Positions 48,481 to 61,539 of a stretch of 64,000 nt of DNA are shown here, piece by piece; position 1 is the first letter of the stretch, and every line of letters begins with the position of its first letter. The position numbers were made by a program, and so were the translations under genes. Origin of the DNA: Camelus dromedarius (Eukaryota); contig NC_087437.1 of NCBI RefSeq assembly GCF_036321535.1, positions 111,602,001 to 111,666,000 on the forward strand, in the 5' to 3' direction. The notes beneath the pieces are model-generated. The model had not been told where the DNA came from and ran no database searches. It saw only the letters and a list, made by a program, of their open reading frames with translations.

Positions 48481-50396
48481 AGATAAAGAAAAAAAATGGT
48501 ACAACTTCTAACGTACTTTACCTACGTTCCTTGCTGTCTTCCTGCTTAGAGAGTCCCATCTCCTTGACTTGACAGAGATGTTCCCTAAGGTATCTTGTCC
48601 TTTTGGCAACTAAAGTCAAGAGGTAGTTTTTGACCCAGTTGAACTCTTCCACTGATTTATGACTTTCAGCCGAGGTACTTCCCCAGATGGGCATCAGCTC
48701 CACTGTGGCCACACTGTGGGAGGTCTGTATGACAGAACAGGAAGTGTTCTCAAGTCTTTCACGTATCAGATGCTGTGCTAGTTATCACCCAGGCCTACTC
48801 TAAAGACTCCGTTCTGTCCTGGGGAGGCTTCCTTCTCAGTAGGTTCATGGTCACATATGTAACAAAGCACTTTGGGGGATGAAGACTAGACTTGGCAGGT
48901 CATATTCTCCAAATGGTACCCAAACCACAGAGCTTGGAGTTGAGGGTTTGGTAGAATTTCCATAGACCTACTAGACAATACCACTCATGCATAGATTTTA
49001 CATTTCCACACCTGTATTTCTGGACACCTGTATTCCTTGCTCACTCAAGCTCCTGAAGTTGAATTTCTCCTGTGTTAACAAGTTAGAGAATGAAGTGATG
49101 CTTGGGGATAGTTTTGACCCAGGAGCCAAGTTCTCCATGCACAGAGAACCAGGCAACATTAAAATTCAGAACTCAAGCCACTGAATCTGAAATGTATGTT
49201 TGCAAACTGTCTGATTTCATGCCTGCCTCGGATGTCCCGTGAATACAAATCACCTCATTTGGGGTGGGAGGAGCAGAGAGGAAGAAACCTAAGAATGATC
49301 TCCAAAACAAATCTTTAATTCGGATGAGGATAATAGAATGTAATCCCGTTTCAAGTCTGTCAGCATTCCTTTGATGATTACAAATGAGTCCCTTTTCCCT
49401 TGCAATGTGGGGGAATAATCTGGATAAAATAACCCTTTTTGTCTGCGAGGGCCCGGGCGATGCCTACTCGTGACAGCTTTCAGAGTAGTGTTTCAGAGTC
49501 CGAGAAGAGCGTTCTGCTACCACGTCCTTCCTTTCTTTCTCTTGACTTAGAAGATTTTCCACTCTTTTCATGTTCAGCAGCTCCCAAAATTCTCAGGCTT
49601 AGAAATCATAAATCATCGAACTGTACTCTGGCACGAGAGAGACGGGGGTCACCGAGCCCTTTCTCCTCTCTGCTTGTTCGACGGGAGACAGGTGGAAATG
49701 AGAATGCACGATCTTATCTCAAAGGCCAATTTGTACAGCTTTTGAGGGATATGCTTTAAGGCGTGCACACAATTTTATAGTCCCTTTCCCATTAAAAAAA
49801 TGTACACTGACCCAAGTTCAGGTTTACACACCTCTTTTTTGTTCATTTGATGGTGAAATTAAGGGACAGTCACTTTTCAACACCTTCTTCTATTCTGTGA
49901 GGTGCAAACTAACAATGCCAGAAGCTTTGTGGGCAGGTCAGACCAGATGCAAAGACTCAGCCCCGTCCACAGCCTCGGGATGAAAAGGGGTGTCGAAGGC
50001 CCGGTGGAATCAGTCCTGCAGGCTGTGCAGAAATCCGCAGAGCAGAGTTTCTTTCTTGTCTTCCCTGCTCTGCCTCTTCAAACCCCAGTGTTTAAGTGGA
50101 TGGTCTTTCTCTTCTAATTTACCTTTTTTTTTTTTTTTGTAAGAAAAGTGTCCTAGGATTTTTCCCCCCAGGATTATCTGTGAATAGTGTTGTGGTTCCC
50201 TAAAGCCATAAACCAGCACTTTGAGGGAAAAGGTCTACCTCTCTCTCAGACATTTATGTTTATCTCTGGCTGTTCAAGGCAGGTTATTTGGGGTTGTCAA
50301 CCGTCACCAAAAATGCCATCTGGTCCTTAAAGTGGCTGTCTTCACCTATTGAAAATTTAGCTTGTTCTACAGTTTAGTCTAAACCAATGATTCTCA

Positions 50397-50763
50397 GTAT
50401 CACACTTAGTGAAATAAGTCAGACAAAGACAAATACTATGTGATATCACTGACGTGAAATCTAAAAAGTAACACGAATGTAAATGCAAGCAGAAACAGAC
50501 TCACAGACACTGAAAATAAACTAGTGGTTACCGAAGGGAAGGGGGGAGGGGGGAGGGATAAATTAGAGATGTGGGGATGACAGATGCAAACTATGATATG
50601 AAATGAATAAGCAATAAAGATTTACTGTACAGCACTGGGAATTATACCTGTTATCTTATAATAACTTACAATGGAATACAATCTGCAGCTATACTGAGTC
50701 ACTGTGCTGCACACCTGAAACTAACAGAATATTGTAAATCAACTATACTTCAATTAAAAAAAA
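50397..50763 (+). mobile_element. L1 3' end inserted at the terminus of a MER20-like DNA transposon (~50385-50970)
   Basis: 12-bp TSD CAATGATTCTCA (50385-50396 / 50764-50775). L1 end TTGTAAATCAACTATACTTCAATTAAAAA. MER20-like TTTGGCAATGTCTGGAG...GTCACAACT follows. Confidence 0.85.
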
Positions 50764-51726
50764 CAATGATTCTCAACCCAGGGAGATTTTGTCCCCCCAG
50801 GAGTATTTGGCAATGTCTGGAGGCAATTTGTTTTGTCACAACTAGGGGCGCTATTGGCACCTAGTGAGTAGAAGCCCAGGATGCTATTGGACATCTTTCA
50901 ATGCACAGGACAGCCCCTGCAGCAGGGAATGATTGGTCCTCAATCCTCATCTGAGGTCGAGGAATACTGGGCTAGACCGGCTGATGTGTCCTCACTTTAT
51001 TTTCTACATGTTTGGAATCTGAAGAAGGTGGGAAATTTTTTAAAAACGAAAGTTGTGTCCAGAAAACCCAGAGATGGTTCTTTGGTGCGTTTCAAGGCTA
51101 GCTTGCCTTCTGCAGCCACGAAGAAGTCTTCAGTTCCTCAAAGCCAAGGGCATGGCAACCCAGGCGCTGTTGTACATCTCCACACTTTCTCATCCAGGAG
51201 GGTTTTATTCAGGCTCCCCCTGCCTGTACCTTCCTCTTTGGAACTTGCCTATGTCTTTGGCCCTTTTGTCCTCCTCATTTCAAGCTCAAATACTTGCCAT
51301 CATTAAAGTCAACCTAAAATATCCCTCTGGATGGAGAGGTGTTCAGACTTGAAGTCGGTTGTTCGCTTGCAGTGCGAAGATGCATTTGCAACACCTCTCA
51401 ATTATTTCACGACTTCAGCCAAACAGTCCTTTTGGCTGAAGGGGTGGGGGGAGCAATTTGATTTGAATTTTTAAAGGGGAGAGAGCGAAAGTGTTGAAAA
51501 CCGTGCATAGATCTGCTTTCCTTTGGCTCCTCCCACTGTCTCCCCCTACTTTCCGCCTCCTCAGTTTCTGCTTCTGTTTCTCCGGTGCCCTCTCTAGCTG
51601 CACCCCCTCCAGACCTCTGCACCCACAGACAGCACATATACCTGCAGTACTTCTGTGCAATGTCGTGTCCACCTCTCTGTGCTGCATGTTATACACTCTC
51701 TAAAGAGACCTGCGCAGAGATGGTTC

Positions 51727-51825
51727 TTTTTTTTAACTTTTTTTTTTTAACAGAGGTACTGAGGATTGAACCCAGGACGTCGTGCTTGCTAAGCACGCGC
51801 TCTACCCCTGAGCTATACCCGCCCC
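51727..51825 (-). mobile_element. tRNA-derived SINE (Vic-1-like)
   Basis: GATTGAACCCAGGAC...GAGCTATACCC on the plus strand; TSD AGATGGTTCT on both sides. Confidence 0.88.
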
Positions 51826-54268
51826 TTGCAAGATGGTTCTAAGAGTGCTAATTACATGGATGAATCGTGTCCGCAGTTTTGGTGCAACTTCACTCACCCC
51901 TCTTTGCCGAATGTTATAACCTTATCAGGTCACATTTGAAGCGTCTATGGTCATGGGACTGGGCAGCATTGTAGGCCCACACTTAGCAGAAGGCGAATCA
52001 AATGGATTCTTCTGAAATGATAACCACCAGCACTGCTCAGAGGCCACCAGCCCGGAGGACAGCCCCCCACTGTCAGAGCTTGCCTTCTTGGGTCACCCTT
52101 CTTTCAAACAGGTTGCAACTCTAATTAAAATATTTCTTTCCTTCTGCCAAACACGGAGAAAATATAGTATTGTTTCCAAAAGAGCAAGCAGGGGCACCAG
52201 CAGGAATGGGTGTGCAGTATTTGTACAGTTTCGTGACTCAGTACATCTGAATCTCCAAGCATTTTAAGAGCTTTGTCCAAAAAAAAAAAAAAAAAAAAAA
52301 AAGGTCTATTGTGTGGCTCTTGGCACTGAAGAAAATAGCAGGCCTGTCAGAACTCTGTTTCAGATTTAATTTTAAAGTGGGTGATGTAAGAATGCTGCCC
52401 AATGAAGGGGGCTTGGCTGCTTTTTCTCATTTCTGCCCATTTTGGTATGAGAGTAACTTGAGTTTTCAGAATCTGTTCACAGGAAGAAATCAGAGCATCT
52501 TTCCTTGACACCTTTTTTTAATGAAAAGGCATCATGTCCCTAAGCAAAGTACAGTATGTCTTTAAAATGAATATGACTTCCTGCAATAAAAGTAAAAACA
52601 TTTTTCTACTATTGATATATATTTATGCACACATATGTATATAGTATATTTGATTATTTGACCATCTCTCTATGTGTGTATATATATATGTATAGAGCAT
52701 CTTCTTGCAAGATCTTTTTTTAATATACTTTTGAAAATGTAGCCTAGAGACATTATTGATTTTCCCAAATGCTTCATGCATTTGGCATTTACTTCTGGGT
52801 ATAGACGTTATAAAAATAAGCAGAAAAAACTTTTTATGAAGATGCTCTTTCCTAGGTGTTTTCTTCCCAGGATATTAAACCATGAACAGAGATTTTTCTC
52901 ATCACCTATGTAGTTTAATGCAGAGTACACACTTATACTCTATGCCTCTGTGTTAATAAAGATTATATACTGTGTTTTACAAACAAGAACCGAAGCACCG
53001 TGTTTAGCCCTTGGGTTCAGCTAAACTGTGAGTAGAGTGTAAGCTTCTGGGCCGGGGAAATTTCTCACAGTGTTGCCAAGCACCAGTCCACATTATGGGA
53101 GTGACTTTCTGCCCAAACCAGTCTTTTGGGCCCTACATCCAACACCACTGGTCCTCGGCAAAATAACCTCTATTTCCTTCTTCCTGGTTTCTAGAAAACT
53201 CCCTTAAAGTCCTGGACAGTCACTGAATTTAAGGTGTTGTTTTTTTTAAAATAATGGGAAACTTAACATGGAGACCTCGTTACAACATAGATTGCACCAG
53301 GCTGGGGTCCAAAATAAAATCAGACCATGGTCAAGATCGGTCTCTGGAAACAGAACACAGATAAACCCATCTTGACTCTCCATGGTCCCAGGTTGTTGTG
53401 AGGAAGGCCTGACCAAAGGGAATGGCTTAGTTATTTCCTACTGTCACACACACACACATGAGAGGCCTTTCATCCTTAGGAGGCAGTCACACAGTGACGT
53501 GCAAGTGAAATCCAGACTACAGACTTCATGGACGCTTCTGGAACCTTCTGGAATGTGACTTGCTGCTGCCGTAGCATCTTTGATGAGCGTCTACTCTGCA
53601 CCATTTATCCTCATTACCCACTTACGTATTCTCTTCCCATGGCAAAGTACATTATTAGGTGGAGTATACGCAGTCTGACTTACTTAGAGTTTTATTTTAA
53701 GAATATCAGACATTTGTGATTGTTTCACCAATTGGGTTAAAATTGCAGTGCCAAGTGTTAGGCTGTGAATTAATATCGTTATTATGATTATTACTCCAGC
53801 AAGCTTCAAGGAAGGGACATTACCTGACCGTATCTGCACTTCCCTGGGCTGTAGGGGAAGAGTGAGTTTGCTGGAATCACAGAAGCCTGAGAACCACAGG
53901 GGAGAGGGTTAAGCATTTCTCACGGCAGGGCATTCGGGGCCCAGGGCTGATGTCTTTGCATGCTAAATCCTTCCTTGATTGGATTTTAATAAAATTATCA
54001 CCAGGGAATTAAGTCACAAAAGGACAATATGCAGACTTTAGAACAAGGCTGTCCAATGGAATTATGATGTAATCCACAGAAGCTATATTAAATATTCCAG
54101 TAGCTGCATTAGAAAAAGTAAAAGAGGTGAAATGGATTCCCATAGAAAATTTTATTTAATCCAATATTCCCAAAGTATTAACGTCTCCACATTAATCAGT
54201 GTTTTTAAAATTATTGAGCTAGTTTATGTTCTTTTTTCTTATAAGACTTGGAAATCAAGTGTGTATTT

Positions 54269-54420
54269 TATTTTAATTTTTAGGGGGGCAGGAGGTAATT
54301 AGGTTTACTTATTTATTTATTCATTTATTCATTTATTTTTAATGGCGGTACTGGGGATGGAACTTAGGACCTACCCCATGCATGCTAGGCATGCATTCTA
54401 CCACTGAGCTGTACCCTCCC
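54269..54420 (-). mobile_element. tRNA-derived SINE (Vic-1-like) nested in an older hAT/MER3-MER33-like element (~54045-54525)
   Basis: TSD AGTGTGTATTT (54258-54268 / 54426-54436). Host element resumes with CACTTACAGCACATCTCAGTT...TAGCCACATGTGGC. Confidence 0.85.
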
Positions 54421-55679
54421 CACCTAGTGTGTATTTCACACTTACAGCACATCTCAGTTCAAACTGGCCGCATCTCAGGGGCTCAGTAGCCACATGTGGC
54501 CTGGGGCCACATTCGGAGCAGCACGGTTTTAGAAGTTGAGCAGGGCATAGAAGTCTTTAGAAGTCTAGACCAGAGCAGAGTTGAGGTCTCAAATCAGGAC
54601 GGAGCCTCAGGCCTCAGCTCTTGGTGGGGGCACCTTCCTCCCACAGAGCCCTCATCAGGCCTGCTTCATGAAGAGGCCAGTAGCAGCTGCCCCATTTTAC
54701 CCCCACCGCAGGGAGCTTGCCCCTCCTACCCCCCCAGCTTGCTTCCTTGCCGCTTGGAAGAGGACTGATGTCCTCCTGCCTCCTCCAGCCCCTTTCCCAA
54801 GAACCCATCTAGACTTTGGTCCTTGGGAAGGGAGAGGGCTGCTGGGTATCACCAAACTGTGACAGAACCTTCCAACAGAACCAGAAATTGGTCAAGCCTT
54901 AATCCCTTTCTGCCACCTGACATCACGAGGATTTCAGACTGTCGTCCTGTGCAAACCCACTGCGGGGCATTGGGCTCCGGGGATGCAAGGACCACGCATC
55001 CTCCTCCCGGAAAGCCCACTTCACCCGGAGGCCGCTTTTGGTTAACCTCACCCCACAGCAGAGAGAACCCGGGCTGGGCGCCAGTGAGGGGCTTGCCAGG
55101 CTGTCTTCCAGATCATTAGACCAAGACCATGGTTGGACCCAGGACTCTGCTCCTGTTTGGAGCCACTCTGCTGCCCTCAGGATCGGTTCTCAAAAGAAGC
55201 CGATGTCCCAGGCTCAGAAAGACCCCAGCCCAGAACTCTCCCCTCACCTGACAGTACTATGGGCTGAACTGGCTGTTTATCATTCCTCTGGGCCCATGCT
55301 AGAATCACCTTGGGGTGCTTTCAAACGTACCATGGCTGGAGCTCTAGCCCAGGCTACTTGAATCGGAATCTCTGGGCGGGGGCCTGGGCATTGATATTTT
55401 TAAATCTCCAGAGGTGATTTTGATGCACACTCAAGGTTGAGACCTGCTGGAAAGCACTGAGCATTTTTTTTATCTGTCTGTATATTTATTAAATATTAAA
55501 TATTTTCTATTATTTTTCTGGACACAGAAAATTTGTAACACTAATACAAAGACTGCCTTGATACCCATCATCCAGCTTCCCAAATGTTACCACTGTATCA
55601 CATTTGCCTTGTTCTTTTCTAAGTTACGGGTAAGATGTCCATCCCTTACTCTCAAGCACTTTCATGAGTTTTTTTTTCT

Positions 55680-55755
55680 TTTTAAATATTTTAATTGAAG
55701 TATAGCCAATTTACAATGTTGTGTTAGTTTCTGGTGTACAGCATAGTGATTCAGT

Positions 55756-55802
<47 letters not shown>

Positions 55803-55890
55803 TCCTTTTCACTATAGGTTATTACAAGATATTGAATATAGTTCCCTGTGCTGTACAGTAGGACTTTGTTGTTTATCTATTTTATATTCT
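55680..55890 (-). mobile_element. L1 3' end containing a (TG)n microsatellite (~55762-55800), nested in an older L1 remnant (~55540-56340)
   Basis: TTGAAGTATAG...TTTACAATGTTGTGTTAGTTTCTGGTGTACAGC and ATATAGTTCCCTGTGCT. Confidence 0.8.
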
Positions 55891-57329
55891 GTATCTTTCT
55901 TAAGAGCAAGGACACTCTCTTACATAACCAAAAACAATGATCAAAATCAGGAAATTAACCTGCTACAATACTGTTTTCTAATCTACAGACCTCATCCAGA
56001 TTTCACCAGTTGTCCCAATAATGTGCTTTAAGAGCAAAAGAAAATCCCAGCTCATGCAGTTTCAGTTGTCACATCTCTTTAGTCTCCTTCCAACCAAGAA
56101 CGGCTCCCCGGTCTGTATCTTTCATGACACTGGCATTTTTGAAGAGTACGAGGTGGCCGTTTTATAGAATGTCCCTTAGTTTGGATTTGTCTGACGTTTT
56201 TTCATGGTTTTATCCTTATGCATTTGTGCAGGACATCATAGTAGTGAAGCTGTGTTCTTCTTGGAGCTTTGCATGGAGAGGAATGGGAAGTCCATCACCC
56301 CGTTACTGAGGTGAACTTTGATGTTTGGTGAAGGTGACTTTTAGATGACAGATGCCATCATCAGCCATCCTTGCACAGACTGAGTCATCAGTGTAGTCAG
56401 CAGTTTATCTAGCAAAGTTGTCAAGGCCTTGAACTCAGGGGACGCAACTCTTAAAGCAAAAGAAGGGAAAGAAAAAACGGTTCTGGAATGTGGAGCTTTG
56501 GCGAGGGGGGCTGGCCCAGGGAAGGCACTGCCAATGTTTGCTCCTGGTGTCGGATGAAATGGCAGGAGAGCATTTGTTCTGGAAAGGGCTTTGGATTTGG
56601 GAGAGAGGCAGGGAAGAGAGATTCTGATCCATGGCTTTTCAATCCTCTAAAACAGAGCAACTCTCTTCTAAGCTTTGGTGCACCTCACAGCTCCCTGTCT
56701 TTTCCTTGGGGAATGATGGTTTTCAGGTTAGCCTCAGACATACTTCCTGCTAAGATGATGACCAGTTTGACACTCCTGGTAACAGCCTGTTTATTAACTG
56801 TAGCTTATCTCCAGATCAGCTGTGGTTCTTACCACTTCAAAGAGCGTTAGAGCTTCAGTTGGTGGAAGGCATCCATTTTGCTTCTGGCTCAGAAGGCCTT
56901 CTTACTCCACTGATGAAACCTATTATTTGTTTTGATCAATTAGCAAAACTTGCTATTCCTTCTGTGAGCATGTAGGGAACAGCATATTGGCTAAGGCTGA
57001 ACAGGGGATGCTGTTCATTTCTGTCCATCTGATGTACCAGGCCTCCTGAGGGCCCCCCAGTGGCTTCTTTCTTGCATGGCTGTCGGTATTTCTGCTCATG
57101 GTTGTCTTTGGCTCATTATCAGAATGTGTCATTCCCTCTTCTTTGTTTCCTCTCCTTACTTCATATATTTACCTTCATCTGGGCTGTTGCAGAAATGTCA
57201 CTTTGTTGTGGAGATTGTGACCACAACAAACTTAGGTTCCCCAAACTCAAGTTGTCCCTCGATTTCTTCCTCATACCTTTGAACCAAACAGCAACTAATG
57301 GAGGTAATGATAACAAAGGTGAATGTTTA

Positions 57330-57750
57330 TACACAGCTGACTCTGGGTGTCCCCCCAAAAAAGGTACATTGGAGTCTTTACCTGGTTCCTGTGACTTTCT
57401 TTGGAGATAGAGTCTTCACAGAAGTGATCATGTTAAGAAGATGAGGTCATTACAGTGGCCCCTGATCTGATATGACTGGTGTCTGTATAAAAAGGGGAAA
57501 CTTGAACATGCACGCACAGGGAGAAAGCCATGTGAAGCTTACAGTTATGCCTTCACAACCCGAGGCGCTCCCAGAAGCTGGGGGAGGCCTGGGACACAGC
57601 CTTCCCTGGGTCCTGCAGAGGGAGCCTGGTCCTACTGACACCTCGATTTTGGACTTCTGGCCTCCAGGACTGTGAGGCAACACATTTCTACCCTTCTAAG
57701 CCATCCAGTTTGTGGTACCTTGTTACAGAAGCCACAGGAAGTTAATGCAA
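57330..57750 (+). mobile_element. MaLR solo LTR (MLT1-like)
   Basis: ATGAGGTCAT...ATATGACTGGTGTC...GGACTTCTGGCCTCCAGGACTGTGAG...TTTGTGGTACCTTGTTACAG. Confidence 0.85.
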
Positions 57751-58580
57751 CAGAGTTCTGAGCAGCACACTCATTTAATCTTGACAATAATCCCCTGAGG
57801 TATGTGTTGCTCTTATTTTCTTCATTTTGTGGGTGCCTGTCTGAGGCTCAGAGGTCAGGCAGTTTGCTCAAGGTCCCTTGAGCTGATAACACCCCACTTT
57901 GCTCAACCCTGTAATACTGACCTCTGGCTGTCATCTTATTTCTTGCCTCTCCTTCACAGCCACCCTGTGCCTAGTCCTTCCTCCTGTCCTCCCTCCCTCT
58001 CTACCCCCTCTAAGGGGCCTTCTTTGCTGTCCTGTCCCTTAAAGGTGTGCATTCTCCGGCGTCCCTGTCCACAGTTCTTCTCCCCCTGGCCGTGCCCTCA
58101 GGTTTCAGCCACCACCTATGTGCTGATGACTTGCCGGCTTCCCTCCTCCAAAGCCCCTCTCCTGACGCTGGACACTGTTGGGACGCCCCACAGGCACTCG
58201 GAACAGAATCACAAACCCCGTTTTTGATGCCACATTTCCCACAAGGACGGCACCACCAGTTTAAAACCCCAGGAGGGATCACTGAGCCTCCCTGTCCCTG
58301 TGCCCCTCGTTCCCATCACCCATCCCCACTGATGCTTGGGCTAAATTCCTGTCGTTTCTAACTGGACCCGCTGTCCTTGGCAGGGCCTGGTGAAAAATGA
58401 AAATGGGGGCCCCTTGTTCCGAAATCAGGGGCGGAAGGAGCTGTTAAAGGCATTAAAATACCAAGTTCTTGTCATTGTGTTTTTTATTTGCTCTTCAGTG
58501 TTGTTCTAAATTTTAAAAAGCAACACTTTAAATTATTAGCATAGATTTTACTGTTCATCTTCATATTAAGCTGTGCCAGT

Positions 58581-59345
58581 TTTTTTTCACTGAAGTATAG
58601 TCGATTTATAATGTTGTGTTAGTTTCTGGTGTGCAGCATGGTGACTCAGTTATACTCACAAATATATATATATTCCTTTCCATATTCTTTTTCATTAGAG
58701 GTCACTACAAGATACTGAATATAGTTCCCTGTGCTATACAGTAGAACCTTGTTGTTTATCTGTTTTATATAGAAGTTAGTATCTGCAAATCCCAAACTCC
58801 CAGTTTATCCCTCCTTCTGCTTACCCCCCCAGGAACCATACGTTTGTTTTCAATGTCTATGAGTCTGCTTCTGTTTTATAAATAAGTTCATTTATGTCAT
58901 GTTTTTAGATTCCACATATAAATGATATCATATGGTATTTGTCTTTCTCTTTCTGGCTTAGTTTACTTAGTATGATGATCTCTAGGTCCAATCCATGTTG
59001 CTGAAAATGGCATTATTTCATTCTTTTTTATGGCTGAGTAGTATTCCATTGTAATACATACCGCATCTTCTTTATCCAGTCATCTGTTGATGGACATTAA
59101 GGTTGCTTCCATGTCTTGGCTATTATAAATGATGCTGCTATGAATATTGGGGTGCATGTATCTTTTCAAATTAGAGTTTCCTCTGGATATATGCCCAGGG
59201 ATTGCTGGATCATATGGTAAGTCTATTTTTAGCTTTTTAAGGGAACTCCATACTGTTTTCCATAATGACTGCACCAAATTACATTCCCACCCACAGTGTA
59301 GGAGGGTTCCCTTTTCTCCACACCCTCTCCAGTATTTATCATTTG
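58581..59345 (-). mobile_element. Relatively young L1 3' fragment, nested in a probable hAT-Tip100/MER45-like element (~58380-59850)
   Basis: Clean L1 3'UTR/ORF2 C-terminal sequence (ORF track 59080-59277: [14 protein letters not shown]). Degenerate TSD GCTRTGCYRGTTTT. Confidence 0.85.
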
Positions 59346-60990
59346 TTATGCTATGCTGGTTTTAAATATGCAAATGTAAGAGCACTGAACGGGTGTGTGG
59401 AATGACAGAAATGACACATAATTTTGCATATATACTGCTGCCATGCTCTACCTTGGCTTACTGATGTGTAAGGAAGGAAAAGAAGCTTTGTCTATCTTTC
59501 CCTTTCCTTCTGTTTCATCATTTTCAGCATAAGTATCTGGTTACTGCAGGGATGTAACACGAGTAAGGAAAGATATGATGGGTTTCTAGGTTGTTCCTAT
59601 TTCTTATGATGCCCTTGCCATCTTTCCTCATTCAAAGCTCATTCCTGGTCTGACGGAGAGTGTGGTCCCGGTGCCGTCAGCATCTCTGCTTACCCAGTTG
59701 GAGATGTAGCGTGCTTTCCCGATGCTCACTTTGAGTTTTGCTGAGGTTTGCACTCCCGCCAGAATCCTACGCTCAGGGCATCTCAAACGCAACATGGCAA
59801 AGTGGTGGCCAGGAACCGCAGGGACTCACATTGTGGGTGTCTCCTCTGCCCACGCACCTGCCCCACTGTCGCACTGGGCTTTGTTTATAAGACACAAGTT
59901 CAAAGATTAAATTGCTAAGAATTTCAAGGTGGTCACAGCAGAACATTAAAGCGAGAGCCAGACCCTCCTGAGCACGGGGGTGGCTGTGCGCAACAGCACA
60001 GGAAGTGCACCCATGACGTCGCCTCTGACCTCCATCCCTGCCTCTCCATCCCCCCGCTGCCGCTTTGCTCAGGCCTTCTTCCTTGGCCCTCTGCAGGACT
60101 GTGACCACCCTAACTTTTTCATGGGTCCCTCCCGTCCAGCCAACACAGGCAGCCAGATTCAGGATTTCTTGGAATCGCAAATCTGACCAGCATCGCATGG
60201 CTGTTTTCAAGCCTCCAGTCGCTCCCATCTGACTTAAGGTTAAATTCAAACTCCATAGGAAGACACGGCTACCTTCTCCAGCCTTTGCTCCTGACTTCAC
60301 ACCCGCTACCCCAGCTGTGCCAAATGTCCAGAAGCTCCCTTTGAGCCTTTGCACCTCTGCCCCTGCTGCACGAGCCTCAGTTGCACCTGGTTGCCCCCTG
60401 CTCATTCTTCAGGCGTCCCTTCCCACCCGGAAGCCCTCCAGGCCTCCCCCTCAGATGCGTCAGGTGTTTCTTGTCATTGTCCCCTACCCACCAGACACCT
60501 CCCGTGCTTCCTCTGCCATAGGATTTAAAATCACTCTAAGCATACTGTTGTGACAAAGTGTAGAGAGAGAAGTCGCAAGCAGGTCCTCTTTTATTCGGTG
60601 TCCTGGGCTTAGGCGTAGTGAGGAGCCTTGAAATTGGAGTTGGAACTTAGGCCCAGAGTCGGAGCCAGGACTCGCCCCGGTCCCATCACTAGTGGGTCGT
60701 GGGGTCTTTTGTGCCATTGAAAGTAGAATACTTCCCTGACGTCCCAGAGAGCTGCCATGAGGATACTCATGAGCTAAAGATGGCAAGGCTTTTAGTAAGG
60801 CTCAAAAAATTTTATAAAAAGAGGAGGAATGAATAATCATCTATTTTTTAAAAATCAAAGACAGAGTTCTTTCACATGGAGACTTGATCTGAAGGCAGTC
60901 CCTGAAAGCAGTTCTGCTTGTTTGAATTCTATATAAAAGCTCTCACTCATGTGGCTGGATAAATCCCACTCTATCCCTAATTCGTAAGTA

Positions 60991-61539
60991 CACTGGATCC
61001 TCATGATTCCAGGTGGTATGTTCTACAAAGTCCCTGCTGTACGGCACTGAGTTAGCAAATACTGAGCCATTGCTCCTAGGGGAATATACAACCTTGTTTT
61101 ATGCATGTTTCTGCTTTGAGACCCCTTATTTAATATGTACTGTTGATTCATTACATAGAACTCGTGGCCAACAACACTGATTCATGCCTGGATGAAACCT
61201 CTCTAACACACATATTTTCTCCATAAGGCCCATCCCTTCTTGTGCTTAGGAACACGAGACAGTGCTGCACCCCCAAGCTTGGGGATCACCATGAAAATGT
61301 GAACCACAGGGCACTTGACAGACCATGAAAAGGACACTTGTTCACGGTATGAGGGTTGAAACCAGAAGGCAGAGTGTCGACTGGTTCCACTTCAGCAGAA
61401 ACCATGCACGTTGGGTGACTCCAATTTTCCTGGGAATGGGTGGGAAAGACCCAGGAGAATTGACTTTGGGGTTACAAATAACTGTTAGTGAGTAGGTGGG
61501 TTTGCAAACACGGAGTCTGTGAATCATGAGGATTAGCTG
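60991..61539. mobile_element. Tc1/mariner-Tigger non-autonomous element (MER82-like)
   Basis: Terminal inverted repeats CACTGGATCCTCATGATTC / GAATCATGAGGATTAGCTG flanked by TA dinucleotides. Confidence 0.75.
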
